This document shows, piece by piece, positions 1 through 13,112 of a stretch of DNA of 64,000 bases. The notes under the pieces were generated by a model, which saw only the letters and a list, made by a program, of their open reading frames with translations, had not been told where the DNA came from and made no database searches. The stretch spans positions 5,906,907 to 5,970,906 of the forward strand of contig CAVNZM010000001.1 of NCBI GenBank assembly GCA_963693365.1. Direction: 5' to 3'. Numbering within the stretch: the stretch's first letter is position 1; each line of letters begins with the position of its first letter. The position numbers were made by a program, and so were the translations under genes. This stretch comes from Amoebidium appalachense. Lineage: Eukaryota > Protista > Ichthyosporea.

Positions 1-718
1 ATGAAGATTGTATACATAAACCCTATGATCCCCCCCACCCACCCCAATCTTCCTCTTCTGTTTAATCTGACCGATTAATTTCTCATAGAAATCACCTCGG
101 CATGTGCTTATGGCGGTATTGGTGATGGTGGTGGTGGTGGTGCATGAGGGGGCGGGTCAGTGGTGAGGGGTGTGTGTAAGGGGTTGGGTAGGTGCAGTGG
201 ATGGTGGTGGTGATAATGGTGGTAGTGGTGGTGGTGTTGACGCAGGGGGGGGGGGGGGGGGGGGGGGGTCCATGGTCGTTCTTGAGCAGAAAGCAAATCT
301 TTTACTTTCACTTTTTTTGTGAGTCCTCTATCCATTAGCCTCAGAGAACAGAAGTGGTGCCCCCCCCCCCCATAGCCGCTTCCATCATAATCATGAATCC
401 ACCGGCACTGACTAACCCCCACGTGGACTGGGTTGCAGGGACCAATCACTCCATGCCGCCCTGCTCAAATCCCCCCTGATGGTAAGTGGCTGCATGCACA
501 GGCATAAAAACAGATACAAAGCCAAGAGGATGCATGCACATGACTGGGGTTAAACACCGCACATAGGTTTCACAAGTTGGTGGATGTGGTGGGCTTGTGT
601 GGAACAACCCACACACAAATTTGTTTGAAGCCTTTGTTTGCTGAGATGTGTTTTCAACAAGTCTAACAAGATACACCGATGCACACGGTTCCCTTAAATA
701 CATAACCGTTACCTGCAG

Positions 719-925
719 GAGCGAGCTTTCCCACTACTTCGTCGCTCAAACTACTGCTTGCCGGGTGACCTCATACACTACCACATCAGTCACGCTAACA
801 GCATGATCCACCTAAACCCTTCTCTGCACACCCGCTTACTTTGCATTGACTCCGATCCTCTGTTATCGAATCTGTACACACATCTGCGCGCACGCACCCC
901 CACACACACTTACGCACTCAAGCAC

Positions 926-1023
<98 letters not shown>

Positions 1024-1178
1024 GACATGCGCGCGCGTGCGCACACACACACACACACACACACGCAAGCACCGCACGCGCACACACAGACACACCCGCG
1101 TGTGCGCATGCACGCGCACACACACACACACACACACGCACACACTTTGATACACATGAACACACACACGCGCATCCC

Positions 1179-1209
<31 letters not shown>

Positions 1210-1473
1210 ACAGGATGATGACCACATCCGCCATGAGCTAGAGCTGCAAGGGGAGCTTAGACAAAAACTCGAATGTGAGGCCCTCAACTGCCACAACCCC
1301 ACCCATCTGCTGAATGTGGTGCACGCGGATTTAAGGTGTGTGATGGCCGGGAGGATGGTATGGGGAGGGAGGGAGGGGGGGGGGGGGGGGGGGAGGGGGG
1401 CAGAGAGAGAGGGGGGGGGGGGGGGGGGGAGGGAGGGAGGGGGGGGAGAGGGAGAGAGAGAGAGAGCCTCGGG

Positions 1474-1505
<32 letters not shown>

Positions 1506-1629
1506 GAGAAGAGAGAGAGAGAGACAGACAGACGAGGAGACCACCCAACAGGACACAACAAACGAGAACAGTGGCAGGGAAGATTATGAGATCGACGACG
1601 AATTGGCAGAGCAGCTTTTTACTCCCTGA
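719..1629 (+). CDS. Possible 3' exons of an unidentified gene or decayed transposase gene entering from upstream
   Basis: Exon-like blocks bounded by cag|...|gt: about 719 onward (ERAFPLLRRSNYCL..), 1214-1335 (DDDHIRHELELQGELRQKLECEALNCHNPTHLLNVVHADL) and an acidic tail ending TGA at 1629. Phases do not join cleanly and the product is not recognised. Confidence 0.25.
928..1211. repeat. (CA)n microsatellite cluster
   Basis: Long perfect (CA)n at about 928-1019, followed by interrupted CA/CG runs. Confidence 0.95.
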
Positions 1630-2329
1630 GTTTCTCTCCTGTGTTGATTTTTTTTGAACTGTATTCTGTAATGATGTAGACCGTCAAGATTCTGAGCAGC
1701 AGACATGACATATATGTGTGCTGTTGTGTTCGGGCGTCACTTTTAAACATGTCAAAATGGAATGTTTCATCAACAAAAAGCACCTTGCACATGAAGGCAG
1801 TAGCAGCGACACGCGCACAAATGTCACGGCCGCTAGGAGCACAATGGCATGCATGAGAGGTCATCATCATAGGGCTGTCACCCCACGTGACGCAAACCAC
1901 TCACCGCACCAATGTCATATGCACTCACATGTACACAAGGACCTGATGCAACCACGTGTGGCTGCACATGTACACAAATTATATATCCTGGCGCCTGTTA
2001 ACTGAATGCACACCCACCCACACAGAAAAAGTGAAAGAGAGCGGAGCTCGCTGGAAAGTGGCAGCCACGTTTGATCTTTTGCGGCCGTTTGGTCTTGTTG
2101 TCTGAAACCGGAGGTCGAGCATCACTGGCCATGGGGCCACAGCAGTGTGCAAGGATCATCCTGGCTTGGTCGCTGTATCATCAAAAGCCATGACAAACAC
2201 CTGAGTCAAGACGTCAGTTTGTGTTCGGTGTAGATTGTTACCATTCTCGTAATAAGGCGCAATGGACTTTGGTGTTGGTTCAGTCGAACACCTCGACGTG
2301 CTTTTTTGATGTTTGATATGTACATATGT

Positions 2330-4100
2330 ACCATCGATCATGTATGCATAGATAGGTAGGTGTTTTACAGTCTCGCAATTCAAGTTAAACGGTACACACA
2401 TGTACAATAATGCATCAATAGTTTGTAGGCTGAGAGTCACTATATTAGTTAGAGCTGAACATTATATTGGCATATAATAAAGGCCGGCCATGTTGTGCTG
2501 GCAAGACGGGGTCTGAAGGTCAGGTCTGCAAGCTAAAAACAGGCCTGCATGAGCAGATGGTTGCAATTGAATTCACGATGATCATGACTAGCTAGGATGG
2601 CTATCTATGTGGCTAGCCTGCTGCTCCCTGCTGGATCCTATGATAAGCTGTGTAAATAACAGAGTAGGTCACGCTCGGTGCTGTTGTGTTTTTGCAATAC
2701 CAGGACGCTGAGTGCTGCTATGAGCCTCCCTAAGGATGTAATGAGGCCTCTAGCCTGCTGCCGAAAACCGTATCCGGCATGAGGACATCGAGATCAACCT
2801 GTAGCTATACGTATACGCTAGCGCTCGTCACGGAGTGGAAGGCTTGAGCCGAATCCACGCGCAATGTTTATCACTAGCTATTGATGGCACAGAGCCGTGA
2901 GGGCTGAGGCTTCGAGGGCCGAGGCTTGCGCATGCTTGTACGTGTATCACGGTAAAATCAAGCTATTTTGTTCTTGAGGCGGTGCCCTCGTTTTCCACTC
3001 CACTTTGCCGTTCCTGAATGCTGCTACCATCCCGGGCCTGCATGCACTGGCCATGGCCACGGAGAAAAAAAAACGACGGTTGGACCGTACGCATGCCATT
3101 GAATAAATTTGAATTACCCGCCTAACAATAATTAGATTGCGAACATTCTTTACGCTTCCGGCTCTCAGTGAGCCTGCACAGCTATTATATGTCACTCACA
3201 CCCATGGGTTGCGTAGCCAAGTTACTATAGTTTCTATGTTTTTCAGGTTTTTTTCGTGTGAAGTATATTGAGCACCAAAACCTGGTAAAAGAATTATTGT
3301 TCTACAGTAATTACAGTTCCTGCTGTCCCTGCGCGTCGAAATCCATCGGATTGGCTAGTGATGGGGTAAGCAAGCTGAAGTTTACGGTGACACTGCGACA
3401 CCCACTTTCGGCAACCTCTTTTTTTTCGGAATTGCTTCAATTTTCTCGAATTCTCACAGTAGATCATTTTATATCATCCAAAAATAATATTAATCAAACG
3501 TAACCAAATAAATTATAGCCTCATAAAATCTAATTTGTTCGCATACTTCAGCTGTTTCATCTGCTCTGAGTCTGTTTATTTGTTTTCAATTTTGAAGATT
3601 CACTGAATATGACGATGGACCCTACGCTAAGGGGAAACGCACGTTAGTGCAGGCTTGGCAACTCTGCGATATGCAGACTGAAAATTGATGTTGATCATGA
3701 TATACAGTTGAAGCTTCACGCATGCATATCATGAAGCTATACATCCTAGCCTCCCATAGAAATGAAGCAAAGAAAAAAGACACCATATTTTTTCCTTTAC
3801 ACATCTTCTATCATTAACGAGGCACAGGAAGTGTCAAAGTTTTCGAGGAATTCTTACTGCATAGATCGGGGCCAGTATTTTACTGGCGAATGGAAGTCTA
3901 AAGTTGGATCAGCCACATTCCATTCTTCGCCACACAGGGTTACAAACATCATAATCGTATATTCTTATTTTCTGACATTTCTTATCCGTAAATCAATTAC
4001 GCAAAACGAATTCGAAGACATGTTCTTACCGCAGTTATATATATTTATGTACTATCGAAGTGTCACTTAAGCCTTTTTTTTATCCGCCCTAAGATCATTT
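2330..4100 (-). pseudogene. Highly decayed hAT-like transposase remnant
   Basis: Minus-strand fragments appear in the expected order: VTLCGEEW (cf. first-D motif ..DGW), SCASLMIEDV (cf. CxxHxLxLxLEDI), TNVRF (cf. TRW/F) and SALTNIVT-LSLQTIDALLYM (hAT C-terminal dimerisation motif). Many stops; no TIRs located. Confidence 0.35.
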
Positions 4101-4501
4101 TCAAAATTGATAGCTCTGTTCCTAAACAACACTTTTAGGCAGGAGAGGAACCTGCTCATTTACCTCCATACGAATAGCGCCATATCTACACTTCAGACAT
4201 TAAGGGAAAATGAGAAAATTCGGCAACTCTAGCCGCTCAATCGGAAATATGTACAAACCCTAACCACATTGAATGGTGATTGGTAGATTTTTCCATCCGG
4301 CTTCTCGTCAGGTATATAAACAGACGCTCTGGAAGACTCCAGTCGACTTGTGAATTGCACTGGAGCTGTAGCCATAGCCACACTTGCATGTGATATAAGA
4401 CGCAGTTTTCGTTTCACTCTTTGAAGAGAACTATCCCATGTTTCTGACGAGCAAGCTTTGAGCGATATACCTGACTTAATCCAACTCGCAGACTCGCAAC
4501 C

Positions 4502-4843
4502 ATGGCTAGCACCACATGGATAGACGGCACCAAGTGGGATTTCTATAATCCCGACGACGAGCCAGACCACTGGCGGGGTTGGGGTGAGACCTACACCTAT
4601 GAATCTATAAACCTCACCTCAGAGTCGCTCAAACCACGACACAACCCAGACCCAAACTGGCAGAGAGACGAGTGGGGCCAGTGGGGTGTGAGCTATGAAT
4701 TCCAAAAGATTAACTTGACTGATGCACGGTTGAAGCACCGTCAGACCCCACTTGCAAGGTGGGAGGTAGAGCAGACGCCCAAACCGAAGCTACCAGGGTT
4801 TACTATGACGGGTGGAGGATACATCTGTGAAGTCGGCCAGTGA
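4502..4843 (+). CDS. 113-aa Trp-rich protein with C-type-lectin-like C-terminal-half motifs and an internal duplication
   Basis: ATG in strong context (accATGg); TATA-like GTATATAAA at about 4312. WIDGTKWDFYNPDDEPD resembles CTL W-x-D-G-x-x-W-x-F/Y-x-N..EP and the terminal GYICE resembles CTL F/YICE. The N-terminal half of a CTL domain is absent. Confidence 0.5.
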   Translation: MASTTWIDGTKWDFYNPDDEPDHWRGWGETYTYESINLTSESLKPRHNPDPNWQRDEWGQWGVSYEFQKINLTDARLKHRQTPLARWEVEQTPKPKLPGFTMTGGGYICEVGQ

Positions 4844-5321
4844 TATCGATGAAACTGTTGAAAACTTTGACATGGATGAAAAATTTATCGTATGACTCAA
4901 GATTACTCTTCGAAACGCCACTTTAGATTTTCCATATTTTTTCCATTGACCCGTGAGTTTGTTAGCTACCGGTGTTTTGGGGTATGAATGAGGCCATCTG
5001 CCGCGACAGTCGAAAGAAAAAACTTTGAATTATCAGAGTAGTGTATACATATGTGTCTTGGCACAAATAATCTCTGGATGAATGCCAAGTTGACCGAAGG
5101 CCCGGAGCTATCAGGCTGCTTTGAACTTGTTACTTATTTATAAAACTGCAGACTGTCAGATGCCACGTTGAACGTGGACACTAACTGTGCACGCCTTCTC
5201 ATAGGCCTGACCACCAATATCATAGTAGCTACGACATGCAAGCAACTTGGATACTAGCCTTTAAAGAGAGGTGAATTTCGTAGCGTGCCACATTGTAGGT
5301 GTAAGGAGCAAAAGCCAGCAC

Positions 5322-5355
<34 letters not shown>

Positions 5356-6171
5356 TTGCTGCACACAGACACACACACACACACACGTACACACGCACGT
5401 CAAGCACGATGAATTCAATACCATTTGCGCCCCTGAAACTTTAATTCGTCCTCTGGCCATGGATACATGTACACTATGGTTGCAGGTGGCCAAAGTACAC
5501 ATGAACAAAGTCTGCACGGTGTCATGGGTGGTTGTGCACAAGCCTCATAATACGTGGAATGAGCATCTTGCTCCGGAACAAAGCCGGCAAAGACCTTGCA
5601 GGTGACCATCCCCCCTCCCCCCCCCCCCCCCCCCCCCCCCCCTCATCCCTTCCTTTACGCACAGCACTCGACCTATGTTGAGTAGTCTGCTAAGGCCCTG
5701 TCTTTTGTTATTGCACATTCTTGTGATGTTATACGTCTTATGCCGTGTACATTCCAACACCCTTCCTTCCCATAGCCACCCACACCTGACACTTGAGGCT
5801 CTCCCTGAACACCCCTCAACTCCTCAACGGACACACGCATTCATGCCTTAACCAACCTGTCTCTGCCAAGCTATTCTCAATACGCAAAGAAGTAAGGGAT
5901 AATTAGTAGTGGCTGCCAAATTGAACAAGTGACTCGTGCATGATTATTGCTGGGCAGGGGTAGCCGTGGCGTCCTCTGCAACTTTCAGCTTGCATTTTAT
6001 TTACGTGCTGTTTTGACAGCTTTTACTAATAACGTGCCTGTTTCGACGAGTTAAAACAAAGTGCCACAATCAACAATACAGCCATTACACACCACTACTA
6101 CGTAGGCTTCGGGTCTCAATTTCATTCCATATTTTACACGCCCATGAATTTTTGTGCACCCTCCCATTCAC

Positions 6172-6849
6172 CTATGTCTCCACTGCAGCGGTCACCAGCC
6201 CGCCAGTATTTCCCGCCTTGGTTCTGCCCAGCAAGAATACCAGTGCGGGATTAAACCTCTCCGACCCAACCTGGTAGAAACTAAGTCCCTCGAGGTTGCT
6301 TAAGAGGCTCTCTGCCAGTGTCTCAGCGCCCTCCCTTGCCTCCACCTTCATACTAAGAAAATCAGCTACTTCCTTTACATTCTTAAAGGTTTTTACTGCT
6401 GATTGGGGGTAGTTATTTGCTTTCTCGTAAGCCCCCGGGTGCAGCTTTAGTACGTCTCTCCACAGTGTCTCTCCCGTTGGATCCTCACACACGCTCGTGC
6501 CACGAAACACACACGGAACGAGTGAGTAGTCGCTTTCACTCAACCACCACACTCCAGAGGCTGCCTTGGATATCTCCCCAAGAGAACTAACATCCGACTC
6601 GGCTGGTTCGGTTTCCACCCACTCGCCCTCCACACTCAATATTCCAGAGCTTAGCTGCACAAACTTTCTCCCCAAGATGCTGCCAGCATCCACACGTGCG
6701 CCCTGAGCTGTAAAATAGACCGACGGGTTGGTGTTGATTTCATTGGCGAAGTCTGGGATGGTGGGCTGTGATGCCATGTTTCTGAGTGGGGCAAAGGGGA
6801 CACGGAAGAGGGACTGCCGAGAAAGCAAGCACCTTGCGGATGACAGCAT
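6172..6849 (-). CDS. nuiA: Nuclease A inhibitor (NuiA)-family protein with N-terminal mitochondrial targeting presequence; intronless
   Basis: ISKAASGVWWLSESDYSL matches the NuiA N-terminal motif (..ASDGLLFMSESEYPF). SNLEGLSFYQVGS..FLLGRTKAGNTGGLVTAAVET* matches the NuiA C-terminus (SNL....YRLG....VIGETPAGNLAGISTKVVET*). The first 24 aa (MLSSARCLLSRQSLFRVPFAPLRN) are R/L/S-rich with no acidic residues. Confidence 0.85.
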   Translation of the reverse strand: MLSSARCLLSRQSLFRVPFAPLRNMASQPTIPDFANEINTNPSVYFTAQGARVDAGSILGRKFVQLSSGILSVEGEWVETEPAESDVSSLGEISKAASGVWWLSESDYSLVPCVFRGTSVCEDPTGETLWRDVLKLHPGAYEKANNYPQSAVKTFKNVKEVADFLSMKVEAREGAETLAESLLSNLEGLSFYQVGSERFNPALVFLLGRTKAGNTGGLVTAAVET

Positions 6850-7345
6850 AGAGAATGGTTTAGGAGAGCCTAGGTGGTTAACAAAGCTGTGTTCCCTGTG
6901 TTCAAACTTCTTACTTTTGTAGTGTCACGAAGGTGACTCAGTGACTCGGGTTGGCCCGCCACTGCCGTGGCCGCGCGGCAAAGCGCTTGGCTGGCATGCA
7001 GCTTTGCCGACGTATGTATCTATTTATAGCATATTTCATATTGTGGTGTGCTATAAATAGGCACACTGGTTGCCACCGTGAGCCACTTCGAAATGATTAC
7101 ACAACCGGTGGCCCGGCGAAGTTGTCTCGTTCTCATCAGGCTTCGAAGCCTGTCAAGGTTCCGTTTCAAAAACCTGGCAACGCCGAGGCATTCCTACTAC
7201 TGTGATATATACATGGAAGAATTAACGCTTTTTAGAACGCTGCACTTACGCTTTTAAAGTGTGCACTTTTTCGGCGTGCTTGATCTATGTAGATCCCACA
7301 TGCTGGGCCTGCTAAGATAACCCACACACGAGAATGGCAGATCCG
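6850..7345. promoter_or_regulatory. Probable bidirectional promoter between nuiA-like (-) and the TBC gene (+)
   Basis: Repeat-free, CpG-retaining segment between divergent genes. Contains tandem TGACTCA-like (bZIP) sites at about 6933-6947, TATAAA at about 7052 and a candidate first exon ATGGCAGATCCG|gtacgt at 7334-7345. Confidence 0.35.
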
Positions 7346-8196
7346 GTACGTGGCTAGCCAAGCCTCAGTTTGCCCCCCTCCTCCCTACCTCCCCCTCCAC
7401 CCCCCCCCCCCCCCCCCCCTCCCCCGCTCTCCCCGCCCCCTCCGGTTCCCATTCACCCTTATTCGACAACGGGCTCATACTCTGTTCATCTTCGACTCTC
7501 CTGCTTCCTGGATCCCTGTGTGTTGCTATACCCCTTTGGCAAGGCAGATCTAACTCGATTACTGCCGGGTGGCACTTTGTGCTTCGGATATTACGAGCTC
7601 TTTGTATATGAATTTTGCAAAAAAGATAGCATTAGGCAGGATTGGGCAGAGATCGCTGTGAGTGCCATGGGGACGGGTATGGGGGAGGAGGGGGCCTTTG
7701 GGTGGTTGCAGGAGGGTGGGGGTAAGGGCGAATCGGCAAATAGCTGGCCTACACTTGGGGGGAATCCATGAACTTGGCTGCATGTGTGTGGAATTCAAAG
7801 AACAACTTATTAACAAACCCATTTCAATCTGCTAAGAGCTATGAACTCAGGGATTCTAATCGCCCTTGGATGTGTTATTTATTTTATGTGAACACCGCAC
7901 TTGGCATTAATAAAGACGTGGGGATCAGAAAACTCGGGGCTGTGCAATCAGATTTCTAGATTTTGGGCTTTTCCCCATTTTACTCTACCATTATTGTTGG
8001 TGTCCTGAGATTTATTTCCCACAAGCTGCTCAACATCGTTGTTGCGATGCTCTTTCTTTTTTATTTCTGTTTTTTTGCTTTTATTCTTTTCTTTCTTTCT
8101 TCTTTTCTTGTTCCCGGGAGAAGGGGTGAAAGCGGAGGGGCGGATGTGGAAGATTAACACGTGATGAGTAGGCTGTGTAGAATGGGGAAACGGGAG

Positions 8197-8367
<171 letters not shown>

Positions 8368-8576
8368 CCCCCCCCCCCCCCCCCTTCCTCCCCCCCCTCC
8401 CCCCCCCCCCTCCCCTCCCCCCCCCTTTTGTTTTCCCTCGCCTTCAGACGGTGGAGGAGGGAGGGGGGTAGAAGGGATTGTTGATGCCCTGAGGGCTTTA
8501 TCAAAGGGAATATGAGGACAAGGGAGTGAAGTCTAAGGGGCAAGATTACCAGGAGTGTTATCCCGGGGGTGTGTGT

Positions 8577-8634
<58 letters not shown>

Positions 8635-8642
8635 TTTTGCAG

Positions 8643-8877
8643 GTATTGGGGGTACATGGCAGGCACTAAGTCTTGGTGGCAGCCGGACCTGCGGGTTGGC
8701 GAGGGGCAGAGCAAGGGGCGAAGATACTCGCAGCCACCCACCCCACTGGGGGGTGACGGGGCACCGGTCAGGAGGCAGTTTAGTGTGGCAGACACCAACA
8801 GTACGTGTGTTTCTCTCTCTGTTTGGCTCTTCGTCTCTCTTGTTTCCTTTCTTTCTGTTCTTTTCCTTTCCTTTTTT

Positions 8878-8942
<65 letters not shown>

Positions 8943-9320
8943 AGGGAGAAAGGGGGCGCGGGAAGGGGGGGCGGGGGGGGAGGGGGGGGGACGTCGACAA
9001 GAGGAGTGTGGGTGGGTGTTGGTGGGTGTGTTTGCCTGTGTGCCGAGAGAGAAAGGGGGGGGGGGGGGCACGTGAGTGAATGGTGGGGGTGAGCACGTTT
9101 CCATGGAGCTTTTTTGTGCCTGTCGTGGTGAACATGCGTATGTTTGTACATTTGTTTGTGTGTTGTCAAAATGTCATTGTGGCTTGAGTGGCCAACGAAA
9201 ATTCGCGGGGGAGGGCAGGTGGATAGGGAATGGGAGGTGGGACCCAGTAGATTTCTGAAATAGGTTAATACTCTACTCGTGATGTTGCCCCCACCCCTCC
9301 CCCCACCCTTCCCTGCATGG

Positions 9321-9359
<39 letters not shown>

Positions 9360-9460
9360 TGAAACATAAACTCCCTCTGACCACCCACCTCTGCAGGCTT
9401 TGCGCTGGCCAGACTGCGCTCTCTCGGTGCTGGCAGCATCGATGTCTTGCAGCTGGGAGA
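8643..9460 (+). CDS. Candidate N-terminal exons of the TBC gene (8643-8800, 9397-9460)
   Basis: ttgcag|..|gtacgt and ctgcag|..|gtatga boundaries join in frame: MAGTKSWWQPDLRVGEGQSKGRRYSQPPTPLGGDGAPVRRQFSVADTNS-FALARLRSLGAGSIDVLQLGE. The link to the downstream exons is not proven. Confidence 0.45.
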
Positions 9461-10935
9461 GTATGATGCCCCCCCCCCCCACCCCCCCACCCCCCCAGCA
9501 AAAAAAAAAAAAAAAAAAGAAAGAAGGAAAGAAGACCAACCAACCAACCAAACGGGGGGGGGGGGAGGGGGGGGGGGGGAACAAACAACAATAAAAAACC
9601 AGCTGCTTTCTCACTCTCTCGTCTTCTCTCACTTTCTCTCTCTGTGTATGTGTTTCCCTTTACGGTCCTGTCTTGTGTCACCCAATTACAGGTGTACTAA
9701 GAGACTTCAAGGCGGTGGCATAATGAGGGTGCTGGAGTGTTTGCTTTTCGGAGGTTTGTGTGTCTTTGTCATGTGCGTGTGTGTGATGGTGAGAGGGGGA
9801 GGGGGGAGGGGGGGGGGGGGGGGGGGAGGGATGGTATTTGCTGCTGACATGGCTGGGCACAGAATGGGACGTATTGCCAGTGATTTTGAAAGGGGTAAAC
9901 CCTTTTGGCAGCGGCCATTGTGTGTGCCGGGCAGGTAGGCTCTTCACACACACACACACACACACACACACCATACACACATACACACATACACACATAC
10001 ATATACACACACCCTTAACAAGGAATGTAAAGTTCATGTTTGCATGTTGCTTCCAATTTATATTTCGCTCCATGATGTCGTTCTTTCTTTCTTTCTTCCT
10101 TATTTATTATTAATATTAATTTGAGTGGGACGGGAAGGGGGGGGGGGGGGGGGGGGGGGGGGAGGGGTAAACGATGGGGGTAATCGTGGTGGGGCTGTTA
10201 TTTTTTCTCTTCCCCCCCCCCTCCCCCCTCTTTTTTTTTGAGGGGGGAGGGGGGGATGAAAAGCAAGCCCATGGCTTTTGTCTAGTTTAGGTTGATTGCA
10301 GGGCAGTGGTGAGGGTCCTGTGTGTTGATGTGGGATGGTTGGGACTGACCGTGAACTTGTAGGCTTGTGCCCGTATACGTGGGGGGTGAGGACACACACA
10401 GGTACATCCTCCCTCTCCCTGGCCCCTCTGTTCCCCCCCATCCCCCCCACCCCCACCCCCCTTCTCCCTACCAGGTCGTGTTTCTCCCACTCCCATTTTC
10501 CCTACCTTTTCTTCTTAGTCCCTCCTTACTTGCCCTTTTTCGACCTGTCTATGAGTCTGTTTCTGCTTGGATTCCCTTCCCTCCCGAATTCTTTTGCTTC
10601 CTTCCTTCATTTTTGGTTTTCGTCGTAAAAGCTTTAACTGTCAAACCAGGCCTTTCTACTCGCACAACTTTCCTTCTCTACCCCTCTCTCCCCCCCCTTC
10701 CCCCCTCCCCCCCCCCCCCCCCTTCCCCTCGCCGCTTGCCCTCCCCTACCCTCACCTTCTCATCCTTTCTCCGTTTGTGTTCCCTCTGTTGCATATCTCC
10801 ATTTTGTCGGTTTGTGAGTGTGTGCCGTGTCGCCCAATGTTACCCCTTTCCGATTATGCACACAGAAATGTGAGCATTCTGTTTCATGTGTTGCCACACA
10901 TACCATGTTGCCCATCTCTTTGCTATGTGGATCAT

Positions 10936-11001
<66 letters not shown>

Positions 11002-11396
11002 GGGGAGAGGCTAAAATGCCTTGTCCTTCTAACCTTAACCCTTTTCTCAGCATTTGGCCGCTGCTCACACCCACTACGACTGTATATACCCCAACCCTGC
11101 TGTGTGCATGCACAAAGGAAAGGCAATATAGAATAAGGGCCGGGAGAATAAATGGCGACACTTTTGGAAAAGCCAACTGGTGTGCATGTTTCACAGTGCA
11201 GGGTTGTGGCATTTTTCACACACACAGACACTTGTGTTTTTCTTGACTTGCCGCTGTGTGTGGTTGGGTGGGTGGATGGGTGGGGTGGGTATCAATTCTA
11301 TACGGGCCTTCCACATTTACAGTCTGCCCTGCAGGCCTCTTGCCCCTGTTCCGAGCTTCTGCAGTCCTGCCATAGACCCAACGACAAGTGGTTGAG

Positions 11397-11459
<63 letters not shown>

Positions 11460-11564
11460 ATATACGCACACACACATACACATTTCTTTCTTAAAGGCGA
11501 GGGGAGGAACCCGTCAGAGACAACACTACGACTTGGGGACAGTGTGTGTGTGTGTGTGGGGGGA

Positions 11565-11597
<33 letters not shown>

Positions 11598-11735
11598 TAC
11601 CAACTCTACGGAAGGCCAAAGGGGGCCTGGGGGATTCGGGGAGGGGAAAGGGGGGGGGGGGGGGGGGGGGGTCGTTTTTTCGGTCCCAATGAAGAACCGT
11701 AGACCCCTTACCCACCTCTGCCAACACATGCAAGG

Positions 11736-11794
<59 letters not shown>

Positions 11795-11902
11795 GCACAT
11801 CCATTATATTGGGGCATTTTGTTGCCATGGTGTGTTTAGGCTGGGCGTGCTGTTGGCACTCACCATAGAGGACTGGTAACAGGGGAGCAGCAGATTCCGT
11901 TT

Positions 11903-11967
<65 letters not shown>

Positions 11968-12136
11968 GGGGGGGGGGGGGGGGGGGGGGGAGAGGCACTG
12001 TCAACAATGATACCCCCCTCCCCCCCCCTCCCCCCTCCGTTCTCCTCCTGGTTCCCCATCGCTGGGTTTCTAAGAATCCCTCTCCCATTACCTTCATCAT
12101 CCACCTTGCCCCCGGCTTCATTCAGCCCATCCCCCC

Positions 12137-12205
<69 letters not shown>

Positions 12206-12292
12206 ACCTAAACACACATACATCACCCCCACCATTATGGTCATCCCTATTTCCACCATTTCTCTTGACCCCCCGCCCACCCACTACCACAG

Positions 12293-13018
12293 ATGAAACC
12301 AAGGCTATTCCAGCCCAGCCCCCAGTCCATTCAAATCCAGAACAAACGGAAAAGACCGAAACATTCAAGAAGGAACACATCGAACCACCACCCCCTATTC
12401 CGGCAAGGGAAAGTGTATCTGAACCATTAGAACCCGGGAAATCGCCAATATCTGAAAATGACGTTCAAATTTCTGCGCAGCCCCCACCATTAGCAGATCC
12501 CTCTACACCCGAAACCAGCGCCCATCCAATCACGAGAGAAAATCACTCGGAGACACCCTCAGACGTAACAGACGACGGTGGGGCCCCAGAAGATGTTGTG
12601 GGGGGATCCTATGTGAAGGAAAAAATAAAACGGAGGGAGAGTATAGGGGGGGAGAGGAGGGATATTCAGGGAAGTGTGGTGAGTGCAGGGGGTTTCAATG
12701 GAGCACACACTCTAGGGAGAACCATAAGCACACCAGCAGGTACTCTGATGGGTAGAGGGGGACGGTTGAAGACTTCGTTGAGTCGGCAGTCATCACGAGG
12801 GACTGATGAAGATGGATTGGTGGTGAGTGCTTGCACGTGCACACAACACGTGTACACACATACGTACATACGTACTCACGTGCCACACACGGACACATGT
12901 ACACACACACGCACACATGTAGACACGTGCACACGGGAGTGTGTTTGGTTGCTCTGCTCTCACTGCATGGATGCAAGATGGGCATCAGTTCATCGACACA
13001 AGGGTGCCCATGGAGTAT

Positions 13019-13112
<94 letters not shown>

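Noticed and set aside
2132-2146. GGGGCCACAGCAG resembling the start of the CPEB3 HDV-like ribozyme
   Set aside because: Downstream pairing partners are absent; a chance match
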